NCBI RefSeq assembly: GCF_006345805.1
Contig: NC_043024.1
Location: forward strand, 3,410,001-3,474,000
Origin: Octopus sinensis
Taxonomy: Eukaryota
Direction: 5' to 3'
DNA length: 64,000 bases
The translations under genes were made by a program, and so were the position numbers. Below, piece after piece: positions 1-14,003 of the stretch (position 1 is the first letter of the stretch; each line of letters opens with the position of its first letter). The notes under the pieces were generated by a model. It worked only from the letters and a program-made list of their open reading frames with translations. It was not told the origin of the DNA and did not search any database.

Positions 1-1251
1 CACACACACGCACGTATATACACACATATATATGACAGGCTTCTTTCAGTTTCTGTCTGCCAAATCCACTCACAAGGCTTTGGTCGGCCTGAGGCTATAG
101 TAGAAGTGGGACTGAACCTGGAACCATGTGGTTGGTAAGCAAGCTACTTACCACACAGCCACTCCTGCACCTGTAGCTTACATTGGGTTCAGCATTTGTG
201 CATATTGAGTGAAGTCATCTTCCTAAAGGTGCTTGGCACTTCAGATTCCTTTCTTCTTTCCTATTTGATGAAACCTTTGTCTTTGCTAAGTTTATACGAA
301 AGCCTCTCAATTCTAGGCTTTTCTCCCTTGCCCAGAATTTCCTCTTTAATTCCCTTGTAGATTCAGCTATATGTACATGTGTGTGTGTCTTTGACTTTGT
401 TGTTGTCCCACCACCACTGCTTGACAACTGGTATTGATTTGTTAGCATCCGTGCAACTTAGTAGTTTGCCAAAAAAAAGATCAATAGAACAAGTACCAAC
501 CCTTTAACATTCAAATCGGCCATATCCGGTCCAGATATTTCTACAAATCCTATGTTGAAACCATCCAGATCAAGCCTCTCACACCTGCCCAACAAAGGTA
601 TTTGGAAAATAAACAATCATCATCATCATCATCAGTTAACATCTGTTTTCCGTGCTGGCATGGGTTGGACGGTTTGACTGGAGTAGGTAAGGCCAGGGGC
701 TGCACCAGGCTCCATTGTCTGTTCTGGTATAGATTTTTTTATAGCTGGATGCCCTTCCTAACACCAGCCACTTCATATAGTGTACTGGGTGCTTTTAACA
801 TGGCACCAATTACATCATCGAAATGGAGCCCAGAACTATGAGATAATCCATGATTATTTCAAAAACAAGCATTAAATTTGACAGAGTAATCATCATCATC
901 ATCATCATCATTTAATGTCTGTTGTCCATGCTGGCATGGGTTGGACAGTTTGACTTGCGCTGGTAAGCTGAGGGGTCTGCTCCAGACTCCTGTCTGATCT
1001 GGCATGGTGTCCATGCCTGGATGCCCTTCTCAATGCCCACCACTCCAAGAGTAAACTGAATGCTAAATGGTTAAAAGGGGGTTGATTTGTGTGACTAAAA
1101 CCCTTTGAGGTGGTACCCCAGCATGGCCACAGTCTAATGACTGAAAGCAGTAAAAGAAAAATGAGTATAACTTTGCTCATCCCTGACCCCATTCAAAATA
1201 TCTATGTCTTTGTGTCTTTAGTAAGAAATTTCCTTATGGTTGTCTTTGCAG

Positions 1252-1375
1252 AGAAAATTGTTCCCTTATCAGCCAATTGATCCTCCATCTAGACACGTCA
1301 GATGCAGGAATCTATCGAAACGAGGAATCAGTTTGTATTGCCATGTGTAACTTGGCCAGGCATCATTTTGATCAG
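1252..1375 (+). CDS. ANAPC5: Anaphase-promoting complex subunit 5, internal exon (first exon visible; gene starts upstream of window)
   Basis: ttgcAG acceptor, CAG|GTAAC donor; ENCSLISQLILHLDTS...ESVCIAMCNLARHHFDQ resembles human APC5 ...TESFAVALCHLAELHAEQ (recalled). Confidence 0.85.
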
Positions 1376-2556
1376 GTAACTCCAAATCCTTTAACTTCAG
1401 CATTATCCATACACATGCATGTGTGTATAGGTATGTTTGTGTGTGTGAGAGCATATGTATATATGTGCCTGTGTATTTGACAGTTTCTGTGTGAATGTGT
1501 GTACTTTTATGCATATGTGTGTAAGCTAAGATCAGATTGTTCATTATTGATCACAGCACCAGTGAGGGTAAAATCAATGAACTATATACAATATGTATCG
1601 AATCAACAGTTTTTCATTAACTTCTGTAATATGTTTTATATAAACCCTTCACTATTGTCTTTGTAATATGCTCTTCTTGTGGCTCCTGTGGCAAATAAAT
1701 GCAATTATTATTATTAAGTTGGCAAATGGCCGTGACTACAATTCACTTGGCTTGACGAGTCTTCTCAAACATAGCATATCATTGAAGGTTTTGGTCACTT
1801 GTCATTGCTTCCATGAGGCCCAATGTTTGAAGATCATTTTTCACCATTATTCAGAATGTAAGAATGGATGAAATTCTACTACTACTACTACTAATAATCT
1901 ATTTTACTAAAGGCACAAGGCCTGAAATTTTAGCAGAGGGGATAAGTTGATCAAGTTGCTATGGTGATCAATTGATGTTGCTTATGTAAGCGACTTAACC
2001 CCTGCCCCCTAAAACTTCAGGCCTTGTGCCTATAGGAGAAATAATAATAATAATAATAATAATAATTGTTATTATTATTAAGGTAGTAATCTCGAAGAAT
2101 TGTTTGTTAAGCAGCATTTCTTGTGGCTCTTTTTACAGTCTTAAGTTCAAATTCTGCTGAGATTGAATTTTCCTTTCATCCTTTAGGGGTTGATAAAATT
2201 AATACCAGTTGAGCACTGGGGTCAATGTAATTGACAATACTCCTCCTCTAAAATTGCCAGCCATCTACCAAAAATTTAAAGCCATAATTATTATCATTAT
2301 TGTTGTTACTATTAAAGTGGCAAGCTGGCAGAATCATTAGTACACCAGGCAAAATGCTTAGTGGTATTTCAGCTGTTTTTACGTTCTGAGTTCAAATTCT
2401 GCCAAGGTTGTTTTAGCCTTTCTTCCTTTTGGGGTCGATGAAATAAGTACCAGTTATGCACTGGGGTTGATGTGATTGACTTATCCCCTCTCTAAAATTT
2501 CAGGCCTTATGTCTATAGTAGAAAGGATCATCATTGTTATTGTTATTTTTTTTTAG

Positions 2557-2753
2557 GGTATGATTGATGTTGCTATGGTGATAGTGGAGGGTGCCAAAGA
2601 GAGATTCCCAGCAAATACTTCCTACGCCCATATATGGATGGCCACAGAACAGGAGATGAAGTTTACGTTGGCTGTCTACAGCAACAAGTGGAGTGATGCT
2701 GAGATGGCATTGGTCAACCTAAAGGCCGTGTGTGAAACAGAAGCAGATATCAG
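2557..2753 (+). CDS. ANAPC5: ANAPC5 internal exon
   Basis: ttttAG|GGT phase 0, AG|GTTTGT phase 2; GMIDVAMVIVEGAKERFPANTSYAHIWM resembles APC5 GCFAAASEVLKHLKERFPPNSQHAQLWM. Confidence 0.88.
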
Positions 2754-3833
2754 GTTTGTGGCCAATATCTATCATCATTATAGGTGCAGGCATGGCTGTG
2801 TGGTAACAAGTGTGCATTCCTGCTGCATGGTTTCAGGTTCAGTCCCACTGGGGGCAAATGATTTCTCAGGATGACTAATATTTTGTGAATAGATTTAGTA
2901 GGCAGAAATTGAAAGAAGGCAGTGAGCTGACAGGGTGAAATGCTTAGCGGTATTTCGTCTGCTGTTACGTTCTGAGTTCAAATTCTGCCAAGGTCGACTT
3001 TGCCTTTCATCCTTTTGGGGTCGATAAATTAAGTACCAGTTACGCAATAGGGTCGATGTAATTGACTTAATCCCTTTGTCTATCCTTGTTTGTCCCCTCG
3101 ATGTGGGCAATAAAGAAATAAGAAATCATATGTGTGTGAGTGAAGGTGTGAGTGTTTTCTTGTCTTGGTGTCACGCTTCATCATCATCATTGTTTAACGT
3201 CCATTTTCCATGCTGGCATGGGTTGGAAGGTATGACAGGAGCTGAGCAGCTGAAGGGCTGCCCAGGCTCCCTGTTTGTTTTGGCATGGTTTCTATGGCTG
3301 GATGCCCTTCCTAATGCCAACCACTTTATGGAGTATACTGGGTGCTTTTACACAGCACTGGTACGGTGGCACCAGCACTTATGAGCCTGCTAGATTAGGG
3401 ATGCTCAGCTGGAGAGGGTTGCAGGTATGAGCCTGTATGCAAGGGCAACCACGCCTTTACTTAGCTCGGTGTATCTTTTCAAGCACACCAAACTGCCAGG
3501 AGTCCCAGTCCCTTGTCATCCCCTCTGTGAGTTCCAACATTTGTAGATCCCTTCTCACCACTTTGTCACACACACACACAAATTGTAAAAACTTAAACTT
3601 TGTTTTTATGTATTCCTCACAGAATAATTTTATCACTTGGATTTTCAGTTACATGGACACTTTACATTATACTGCTTTGTAATGGACTGTTAGCCAAGCC
3701 CATATGAGGAGCTTACTGTGGTAGCTGCATTATTCCCTGAATCTATATTTTATGCTACTCATTTATATATAATTGTATATATATTTTTCACTTACAATGA
3801 TTATATTTAATTAATTTATTTTTCATTCTGTAG

Positions 3834-3950
3834 ATGTGGTATTTTGTTAAAAGAAAGGGGCCAGGTCAACCAAGCCCTTACACACATGCACCAACTTCTT
3901 GAGAAATGTGAAAAAAACAGCAGTGAGACCACACCTTTCTATACGTGTCG
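3834..3950 (+). CDS. ANAPC5: ANAPC5 internal exon (not in ORF track)
   Basis: ttctgtAG acceptor, CG|GTAAGT donor, phase 2/2; only open frame reads CGILLKERGQVNQALTHMHQLLEKCEKN (TPR-like). Confidence 0.85.
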
Positions 3951-4587
3951 GTAAGTCATCTAGTTGTGGTAATTTAACCCTAAGTCAGCCTGGATGCAAC
4001 AGATCTTTGTTCAAAGATGTTCCAGATCACCAGATACCCTTTTTAAGACATAAGTGTATCTCAGAGTACATTACCCAGAGTGTTTTATTCAGGCATGGTG
4101 TATCTAGTATCACATTACCTAATGTCCCCTTTCTCAACCTGCATCCAGCAGATTTATGATCAAAGTTGTTTCAACTGGGATTATCCTGTGTTATTATTCA
4201 GACATAGTGTATCTAGGACTAAAGGTCATGAATGACCATGGGATTGCATCTAAAAAGTTTCCCTCCTGGGCACATGTTTAGGCAAGGTTGTTTATGGAAG
4301 ACCAGCAGTTGTCCATGCATACCGGCCTCCTCTCACCACACCACTGATGTTATCCAAGGGAAAGGTGAAGGAGCCAATACAGCTGGGAATGAGTGATGCC
4401 ACCACTCATTTCTACAGCTGAGTGAACTCTTGCTGAAGATAACAACACACATCCCAATCTGGGAATTGAACTCACTACTTCACGATTGTGAGCCCGATGT
4501 TTAAACCACTGAGTCATGCACCTTCACATATGCAGATGAATATATATATATATAATCAAAATAAGCAACAAGTATATCTGAGGTAAT

Positions 4588-4671
4588 GTGGTACGATCGT
4601 TTCATGCTACTTCATTTTATTAAACACTAAGTATTACATCAGTTTTAAAATGTCAAGCAATCTTCAGCCAC
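4588..4671 (-). ncRNA. Type-I hammerhead ribozyme motif (ANAPC5 intron, antisense to host)
   Basis: gtgg-CTGAAGA-ttgct...agcat-GAAA-C GATC G-TA|ccac; U-U mismatch at base of stem II. Confidence 0.7.
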
Positions 4672-6494
4672 TTATAGAAATTTTCCAATCAAACAGACAA
4701 TGCACATTCTTATCTCTATTTCGTTTGCCAACATTATAAAGAGGGTAGATATACAGACAGAGAGGTTGATTTCATTCTTAAGAACATGATAGTATTAAAT
4801 CTACTCTCTGACTGTAGATTTTTTCACTTTGTAATTTAGATCTGTTAGTGGGAAGGGGGATTCTATTTTTGGTTGGATGGAGACAAAGAATTTTTTCTAT
4901 TTATAGATATAGGAAGGGGTAGAAACAAATATCGAAACCAATAAACCTATTCCTATTCTGAGGAACCCAGCCCAGATACATTTGAATGCAGTATAGCAAA
5001 AAGCTAGTATGTTGAAGTTAGAGGGGTAGGGGAAGATAGACTACTATTGTTCCAGGGGTTTTAATGTCTACTACCATTTGACATCCAGATTCTATATTAA
5101 GAAATTTAAGTAAATATTCCTTAGACAATTTCCTAAATGATTTCAGTAAACATTATTATCTAATATATGGATAGAAAATATAGAAATTATTTCATATTTA
5201 TATAAATATATATGTTTAATAAAATGAAGTAGCATGAAACGATCGTACCACATTACCTCGGATATACTTGTTGCTTATTTTGATTATAATCACCCCATGG
5301 ATTTATATGGATAATACTATACAAAATTCTGGTGCATTTGACTTAAGTACCATATTCATCTGAATCTAAATTTTGCTGAACTTATATATATATACACACT
5401 TTAATCCCTCGATAATCGCAGGTGTTACATTCCAACCCCACCCCGTGGTAGGTGAAAATCCTCGAAGTAGAAACAGTACTGTAGATTTTTTATTTTTATA
5501 ACTTGTATTTATTTATTTTATTATAAATGCACAACACCACAGAGGAATCGGCGTAAGCTTAAATAATAAACCGCGATAGGTGAACTGTGATATGGCGAGG
5601 GATTACTGTATGTGTGTGTGTGCATGTGAAGTTGCATGGCTCAGTGGTTAGGGTGTCGAGCTTACGATCATGAGGTTGTGTTCTTGAGCAAGACACTTTA
5701 TTTCACATTGCTCCACTTCACTCAGCTGTAGAAATGAGTTGTGACATCACGGGTGCCAAGCTGTATTGGCCTTTGCCTTTCCCTTGGATAACACTGGTGA
5801 CGTGGAGAGGGGAGGCTGGTATGGATGGGCGACTGCTGGTCTTCTATAAACAGTCTTGCCTGGATTTGTACCTGGGAGGGTAACTTTCTAGGTGCAATCC
5901 CAAGGTCAGTCATGACCAAAGGGGGGCTCAGCATGTGCATGTGTCTGTATAAAAGCCCACTTTGGTCATGAAAATCCGTGGGATTGCACCTAGAAAGTTA
6001 CCCTATGTGGCACAAATCCAGGCAAGGTTGTTTTATGGAAGACCTGCACTTGTCCATACATTCAAGCCTCCCCTCTCCATGCCACTGATGCTATCCAAGG
6101 GAAAGGCAAAGGGGCTGATACTGCTTCACACCTCTGACATTGCAACTCATTTCTACAGATGAGTGAACTGGAACACTGTGAAATAAAGTGTCTTACTCAA
6201 GAACACAATACTCAGCTTGGTCTGAGAATTGAACACCCTACCTCATGATTGTGAGCCTGATGCTCTTACCACTGAGCTATGCTCTGTCTTACCTTGTTTT
6301 TGATGTTGTTTAGCGCACATTTCTTATTGTTTCACTGTCCATTTTGTATCACCCACCAAACTCAACACAATGTTTTCCTACAATCCATGCTACCCTCCAT
6401 GTGCACCCCACTAGAATTCTCCAAAATACCCTTAAAAACACATTCAAAATGTTTTATGGATGACAGTTTAGCTGTAGGAATTTTTCTATCACTT

Positions 6495-6672
6495 TTCATC
6501 ACCACCACCACCACTCTCTTCATCATAAACCATTATCACCACCACCATCTTTATCATAAATCACCCTCACCACCATCATCATAAATCATTATCACCACCA
6601 CCACCTTCATAACCATTATCAAAACCACCACCATCATCTTCATAAACTTTTATCACCACCACCACCACCTCA
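6495..6672. repeat. (CAC/CAT)n-rich low-complexity tract; a (GGT)-rich tract lies at 40935-41125
   Basis: trinucleotide-like repeats. Confidence 0.9.
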
Positions 6673-6710
6673 ATCCCCAACATAATTGTCATGTTTCTTT
6701 CATTTTCCAG

Positions 6711-6858
6711 GGTGTTACTAGAACTTTCTGATATTCTACGGAAATCAGGCAACCTGAGTATAGCCATATTTTATGTGTTACGTTGTATCACATTGGCCAG
6801 AGATCACCATTTCCAATACATCCTTAGTTTGGCCATTATGCAGTTGGCACAAATACAG
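6711..6858 (+). CDS. ANAPC5: ANAPC5 internal exon
   Basis: ttttccAG acceptor, CAG|GTATGG donor; VLLELSDILRKSGNLSIAIFYVLRCITLARDHHFQYILSLAIMQLAQIQ resembles APC5 VLLSVAELYWRSS...RLQYLASETVLNLAFAQ. Confidence 0.9.
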
Positions 6859-7594
6859 GTATGGTCCTCTCAGGTATCTCTCTTCTCTCTTTCTCTCATA
6901 AACAGATGTCATCAGTGCCCTAGCAGTGTCAATGTGAGAATACATCATCATCATCATTCTTTAGTGTCCATTGTTCGTGCCTTGAGAAGGGAGGACGCCC
7001 AAAACTGGGCAAGATGGTATGAGGGCAGTTACTTTGGCATTGAGGTAGATCCAGCCACCCTTGTTAAAGGGACAAAACCTGGATTTAAAATGATGGATGG
7101 TAGTGTGTCCATGGGTTGGTTTGACCTGGGCTGGTAAGCTGGAAGGCTGCACCAGACTCCAGTCTGATTTGGCATGGTTTTCTGTACCCTTCCTAATGCC
7201 AACCACTCTGGGAGTGTAATCGGTGCTTTTATGTGCCATTTGTGTGACACCAGTATCTGCACAACTGCGATTTTGCTCAGCTTGATGGGTCTTCTCAAAC
7301 ATGTCATAATATCAAAGGTCTCAGTCATTGCCTCCATGGGACGCAACACACATAAAAAGCACCTGTGCTGGTGCCACATACAAGTACCCATGCTGGTGCC
7401 ACATAAAAAGCATCCATGCTGGTGCCACATAAAAGGCACCCGTACTGGTGATATGTAAAAAGCATCAAGGTCACTGTAAAGTGTTTGGTATTAGGAAGGG
7501 CATCCAGCCATAGAAACCTTACCTAAACAGACAATTGGAGCCTAGTGCAGCGCTCTGGCTTACCAGCTCTTGTCAAACTGTCCAACCTATGTAT

Positions 7595-7923
7595 TGTAGG
7601 GAATTAGTGATAATGGTACACCCCTCCCATGTAACGAGTGGAATGAACCAGTCACTATAAGTATGGTGGTGTCGGCCGGTATTGAGTAAGTACATGTCGA
7701 CTATGTTGATAGTCGTGTCTGTACTAATCTAGTAATTATACTGCGATACCGAGTGGGCGTTATAACAATCCAACCTTTTGAGGATAACACCATGACTGGT
7801 GCGGGTGGGTTTACAGTGCCAGATAGAAACATCCTATCGACTTTGGAATATAACATTATCTGTCAGAGTGACAACTGTTGTACAAAGACAGATACAACAG
7901 TGGCAAAAGACCACTTTATAACA
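7595..7923. mobile_element. Probable solo LTR inside an RTE 3' fragment
   Basis: TG...CA ends, imperfect 4-bp flanks GTAT/CTAT, host repeat resumes on both sides. Confidence 0.45.
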
Positions 7924-8011
7924 CTATTCTAGCATGAAAAATGGTCATTAAATAATGATGATGATGGTGATGATTTCTAGTCGTGATTGTATTTTTGTCT
8001 TCCATTGACAG

Positions 8012-8177
8012 ATCTTGATGGGATTGCCTCATCTTGCAATTCCTATTCTCGAGGAGCAAATGATGAACATATTGACCAATGGCACTCTAGTGGACAAAGG
8101 CCGGATGCTTTACTGTTACTCAAGATGTACAGTGGCAGCTGCTAAAAAGAGCGAAGACCCTAAAGAAATAAAATCAG
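8012..8177 (+). CDS. ANAPC5: ANAPC5 penultimate coding exon
   Basis: ttgacAG acceptor, G|GTAAAA donor phase 1; ILMGLPHLAIPIL...GTLVDKGRMLYCYSRC resembles APC5 LILGIPEQALSLL...GAILDKGRAMFLVAKC. Confidence 0.92.
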
Positions 8178-8357
8178 GTAAAATTTTGTTGTTTATTTCT
8201 TCTGTTTTTTTAATATTGCTGTGGGGTTAAGAAATTTTCAACCACATGGTTTTGGGTTCAGTTTCACTGGGCAAATGTCTTCTTTAATCTCAGGCTGACC
8301 AAAGCCTTGTCAGTGGCTTTAGTACACAATAGTCTGAAAACCTGTCACATATATAGG

Positions 8358-9220
8358 TATAGGTATATGCGAACTGCCATGCTTCACGGTAGTGAAACAT
8401 GGGCTGTGACTGCAGAGGACATGCGTAGACTTGAAAGAAATGAAGCTAGCATGATCTGCTGGATGTGTAATGTCAGTGTGCACGCACGACAGAGTGTAAG
8501 CACCCTAAGAGAAATGCTGGATATAAGAAGCATCAGATGTGGTGTGCAAGAGCAACGCTTGCGATGGTATGGTCATGTACTGCGGATCGATGAGGAGAGA
8601 TGTGTGAAGAAGTGCCACTCCCAAACAGTTGAAGGTATCAGGGGGAGAGGTAGACCCAGGAAGACATGGGATGAGGCAGTCAAGCATGACCTCAGAGCGT
8701 TGGGCCTCACTGAGGCAATGGCGAAGGACCGAGATCTCTGGAGATATGCTGTGACTGCAAAGACCCGGGCTGCTTCCTGCATCAGTTCCGCATAGCCCCT
8801 GCCCATTCAAAGAACGTCCCGCTGTGCTTGAGGAGACCTGTTGAGTCAAGTACATGAAGGTCGAAATAAATATCAATGGAAATAGTAGTTGTGATGCCTG
8901 TGCCAGTGGCACATCAAAAGCACCATCCGAACGTGGCCGTAGCCAGCGCTGACTTGACTGGCATCTGGGCCGGTGGCACATAAAAAGCACTATCCGAACG
9001 TGGCCGATGCCAGCACTGCCCCGACTGGCTTCTGTGCCGGTGGCACATAAAAAGCACCCACTACACTCGCGGAGTGGTTGGCGTTAGGAAGGGCATCCAG
9101 CCGTAGAAACTCTGCCAGATCAGACTGGAGCCTGGAGCAGCCCCTGGCTTCCCAGACCCCCGTCAAACCGTCCAACCCGTGCTCTCGCGGAAAACGGACG
9201 TTAAACGATGATGATGATGT
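8358..9220 (+). mobile_element. 5'-truncated RTE-clade LINE (ORF C-terminus plus long 3' UTR ending in (GAT)n)
   Basis: MLHGSETW...RLRWYGHVLR...RGRGRPRKTW; the same 3' UTR recurs as many truncated copies (e.g. 616-800, 892-1050, 24627-25120). Confidence 0.88.
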
Positions 9221-9814
9221 ATATGAGGTTGTATCAAAAAGTTCCTGGACTAGTTCAGTAGTGTGCCAACAGGTGGCAGCACACAGTTGCATGTGTACTG
9301 AGTGCTATCAGTGATCTTCATGAGGCAGTGTTCTGAGTGACATTGCTGTGTTTACTTTGCAAGTTGTGAAATTTGTGTTCTTGTGATTACATGTGTTTGC
9401 TGTAGTCTGTGATTTTGTCACGGATAGGAACAAAGAGCCAACATGAAATTTTGTGTTAATCTTAGGAAGTCTGCTACAAAGACATTGAGCATGCTTTGGC
9501 AAGCTTACAGTGATGAGGCAATGGGTCGTATGCAAAGTTGTGGTGGGAGACAAACACAGACACAAGACTCACACACATACATATATATATAGTGGGCTTC
9601 TTTCAGTTTCTATCTGTCAAATCCACTCACAAGGTTTTGGTCAGTTGCCATGCAGTGGGACTGAACTTGGAACCATGTTGCTGGGAAGCAAACTTCTTAC
9701 CACACAGCCATTGGCAATATCTAATCCAGCCAAGCCAAGTCATTCTTATTTCTGCTTCTTTTATTCTCTCGCCTCACCTGACTAATCTAATTCTTCTTCT
9801 TCCTCCATTTCCAG

Positions 9815-10026
9815 CTCTGATGTCAGCCATACGGCAAATGTCCACAGTAATTGAATATTTCCAAACTGTTGAAGCATACAAGCTGCAAAAGGATGCACTG
9901 TATTACCAGTCCCGGATATGCGAGAGTTTGGGTTACACTGCTGAGAGGAATAGATACGCTCGGGAGTTCCGGCACCTAGACCAACTTTACCCATCGGTCC
10001 AGAAAATAGATGTCACACTGTTGTAG
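9815..10026 (+). CDS. ANAPC5: ANAPC5 last coding exon with TAG stop
   Basis: tttccAG acceptor phase 1; ALMSAIRQM...KDALYYQSRICESLGYTAERNRYAREFRHL resembles the APC5 C-terminus RDVVYFQARLYHTLGKTQERNRCAMLFRQL. Confidence 0.92.
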
Positions 10027-11149
10027 AGACACACAGACTCACTGTTTGTCTCTCTTTGGTTGGAAAGGTTCCATCATTTTGATAATGGATTGTTACTGGT
10101 TTGTTCCTTAGATTTTTTTGCCAATGTAATGTGTGTGTATATATATAATCATGTGTGTATACATGTATGTATACAGATTTCTGTATATATGTGTATGCAT
10201 GTATATGTGTGTTTATATCTGTTCATACACAGACACACATACATTGGCTGTGATATGATTTGAACCTTTAACACCTTCACCAACAGTTTTACACTTCATC
10301 ATCTTGGGAAGCTGAGGCTGTCCAAAACACCACCACCTGATTCCTACACAAGTCCCTTCCATCCTCCAGAGGTGAAAACCTCTCATCAGAGTCACTGAAT
10401 TTTTTTCTAAGTTGACAGATTTTGACTGATATCAAAACTGAAGCCAGTCAGGCAACACTCTACTGACTGAAAGGTCAATAGTTCAAATCCCTGTCTTCTG
10501 TTCTTATAAATATGGGTTATTTGGATGCCACTGAAGAAGACCCTTTCAGTCTTAAAGTAAGAATTCAGCACAGGAGGAACCTAGCAGAACTGGGTTATTT
10601 ATTGTCTTCTCCAGATTCCAGGTATTACAGGCTCAGTAGAACACTCATCAATTCAATGCTTACACTGCTGCCCCTGCCTACAGCAAAGGGTTGTCGCTTT
10701 TTTCTTTGAAACCTATTTACAACTAGGTGGACTGAGTCATTTTAGAATTGAGTGTCCTTGGCCACAGGCACAACACAGGGAGTGGTGATAAACTACGAGC
10801 CATATGCATCTCTGCTGGTTGTCCCAGTCTACCTAGTTGCAAATAGGCACCACGAGTAGGTAAAGCCATACAACTGTGTAAGTGAGTTGTGTGTTTTATT
10901 AGTCTGTTGTGCCTAAATTAAACAAATAATACACTTCAGAGATTGATAAACTCGATCGAAGATGTTAAACAAGTCTTCAGTGGTGCCTCTTATATCCAAA
11001 CTGGTTCTGAGACTCGATATTCTCTGGAGGTGTCTTAGTAAACCCAAAGGAAGTATTGAACTCAACTGAATGAACAAATGTTAAACTGTAATTTTTCAAT
11101 AAATGCTAATAACAAAAAGTGTTTTTTGTGTATAATTAATTGTTCTTGG

Positions 11150-11552
11150 CTTTGGGTAAAAGAAAATACAGGAGGATCAGTTAATTATGATTTTATGCAA
11201 CATATTCCCCTCTCAGATTCACAAACTTACTGCAGTGGTTCTTCAGTTCTTCTAAGCCCTGTAAAAGAACTTGGAAGGTTAAACCTCCAACCAGGCCTTT
11301 CATAATACCCTTAAAGCAAGGAACTTTTCAGCACTCCTTATATATATATATTCAAGGGGTGCTGAAAAGTTCCTGGCTCTGGATAAATGAAAATATAGGA
11401 GGCTCAGTTAATTATGATTTTATTCAACATATTCCTCTCTAAGATTGACACACTTATTGCAGCAGTTCTTCTAAGCCCTGTAAAAGAACTTAGAAGGTTG
11501 GGCCCCCAACCAGGTCTTTCACAACATCCAGGAACTTTTCAGCACCTCCTCA
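11150..11552. mobile_element. Mariner-like MITE (11353-11552) with an adjacent partial copy
   Basis: TIR GGTGCTGAAAAGTTCCTGG / CCAGGAACTTTTCAGCACC; duplicated internal sequence. Confidence 0.6.
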
Positions 11553-13984
11553 TATGTTTGGTTACAGCATATATGCAGGTATATACAGATGATGGGGCCA
11601 TTTTTTTAACCTTTCAGTTATGACAGAAGTGCTCATGACCTTTTAATACTTTAAAATGGGCTTATCCAGCCTAAATATTGAACCTGTTCTATGTTCAAAC
11701 CAACCAGATCTGGTCTCACACCTACCCTACAATGTCATTTTAAAAATAAACTAACATTGTTGAGATCTTGATTGATTCAAAATGATGTGAATGAATAAGC
11801 ATTACATTTGATAGAGTAATCAGAATGCTAAAGGGTCAAGGGACCTCCAAAACTACTGGGAGAGAAGGAAAATATCTGCAAACCAGAGAGCCTGACTCAA
11901 ATGCTTATAACAGACTGAACCCTGCAAAAGACACCAAAAATACCAGCTGGGGATGTTAACCCTTGAACTGTGAAATTAAATTTCATGGTTATTCTAGTAA
12001 TGATGTTAAATATGTAGTAGAAAACCAGAATTGGTATTTTCTGCAAGTCATGTGGCTTCACTAATCTTGACTTATCTCAACAGTAAGTTGTTTCAAACCT
12101 GACATTCCTCAACAAAAGCTAGATTGGTGTATAAAACTGCTTTCTGTATGAAAGATAATGACATTTTGAGTGGATGTGTATGATTTCTACAATAAAACCC
12201 AAGTAAGCCAAAGTGGGATTTGAACTCAGAATGCAAAGTGGCACAGCAAGAATGAGCAGTGAGGGATCATCTGGCTTGGAGTCACACAGTTTAATTCAAC
12301 GAAGCTTGGGGTTTTACTATTTGTGGAAATCACTTACAGAGTTGTTTCACTGCCTGATGAAACAATGTCTGTATTTGAAGATGTATACTGAGGGTGCTGC
12401 TGGGCTCCAAGTATTTACCCTAAACTTAAAAGACAACTAGAAGCACAGCCAGTTTCTAAAGTTAGGGGAAGCGAGCACCGAAAAAAGCACCACCACAACA
12501 ACACATACCAAACAGTTTATAACTCATTCTTTTACTTGTTTGACTGTGGCTATGCTGGAGCACCGCCTTTAGTCAAGCAAATCGACCGCAGGACTTATTC
12601 TTTGTAAGCCTAGTACTTATTCTATCTGTCTCTTTTACTGAACTGCTAAGTTACAGGGATGTAAACACACCAACATCGGTTGTCAAGCGATGTTGGGGGG
12701 ACAAACACGGACACACACACATATATATATATATATACATATATACGACGGGCTTCTTTCAGTTTCCACCTACCAAATTCACTCACAAGGCTTTGGTCGA
12801 CTCGAGGCTGTGGTAGAAGACACTTGCCCAAGTGGGACTGAACCTGGAACCAAACAATTTAAAACTCATTTCTCTTATATTTCGCAAAACATTTCATTAA
12901 TTATAATACACGTGATTGTATTGTACATTCATTAATTTCATGTTTCAGTAACGATGTCATTACGTATGAAACTTACAACTGCTGGTATAAATATGATGTA
13001 AAAAAAGATGAACTTCCACAGGATTGTACAGTGTCGAGAGGTTATGATATTAGGGTTCGATTTGGTTCTTCAGCTGTCAACAGCCACCAACACATCACAG
13101 GAGATTGAGAAGACAGTTCTAAAACACAGGAGCTTAGTCAAATAGTGTAATGACTCCAGAAAGTTCTTCCACGGCCAATTGATTAACAAAAATAAAGAGG
13201 CTCGACTTTTATCACACAAGTGAACTAAAGAGTTACAAAAAAAAAATTGTTGAAAAGGCACTAATTTTGAAAAATGTGCTCATAGGGGCAGTCGCTCTCC
13301 TTGCTCCATTATCAGCTACGCTACTGAAGACAATATGCCCCAATACATCAAAGCCTAATTTCCTTAGTTAAAGAAAAAAACAAAATTCACCTGGAAGTAG
13401 AGGTGTAACAATCTTCCCAATTGTGTGTTCGTCACAACTACAGGATTAAATATAACTTAATTCTATTTACTATGGAATGGAGATACCTATACATAGCTGT
13501 GATCTATATATGTGTGTGTAAATATATATATACACATATGCATGTTTCTATACATATGTAAGTATACATGTGTGTATATACATATTTATGTATATATATT
13601 TTTAAATATGAGGTCCCAGGTTCAATCCCACCACATGGTATCTTGGGCAAAACCTCAAGTCACACTGATTCTGTCTGAGGAGTAGGTTAAGAGTACATGG
13701 GCTTCATTCAGTTTCCATCTACAAAATCCACTCTCAATTCTTTGCTTAGTCAGGACTGTAGTAGAGGACAAATGCCCAAGGTGCCATGCTGTGGGACTGA
13801 ACCCGAAACCTTGTGGTCAGAAAGCAAGCTTCTCAACCACACTGCCAGGCCTGCTGCTATAGTAAATAGAACTAAATGTAATTGTGACTAGCTTCACAGA
13901 TATATATTCATTCACAACAACATATTTAATACTTACACCCTTTAGCAAACAGAACCACATCATATATGTAGGGCTGTGACTACC

Positions 13985-13990
13985 TTTATT
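13985..13990 (-). terminator. Candidate COQ4 polyadenylation signal AATAAA, 13 nt after the stop
   Basis: AATAAA on minus strand; implies a very short 3' UTR; not verifiable from DNA alone. Confidence 0.35.
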
Positions 13991-14003
13991 ATATGTCATC
14001 TTG

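Noticed and set aside
10365-10560. Near-miss hammerheads: CTGATGA-gagg/cctc (minus, about 10370-10392) and CTGAAGA-agac/gtct (plus, about 10531-10556)
   Set aside because: Stem II is followed by TGGA or TAAA rather than GAAA, and no stem III or cleavage triplet forms; at best decayed copies.
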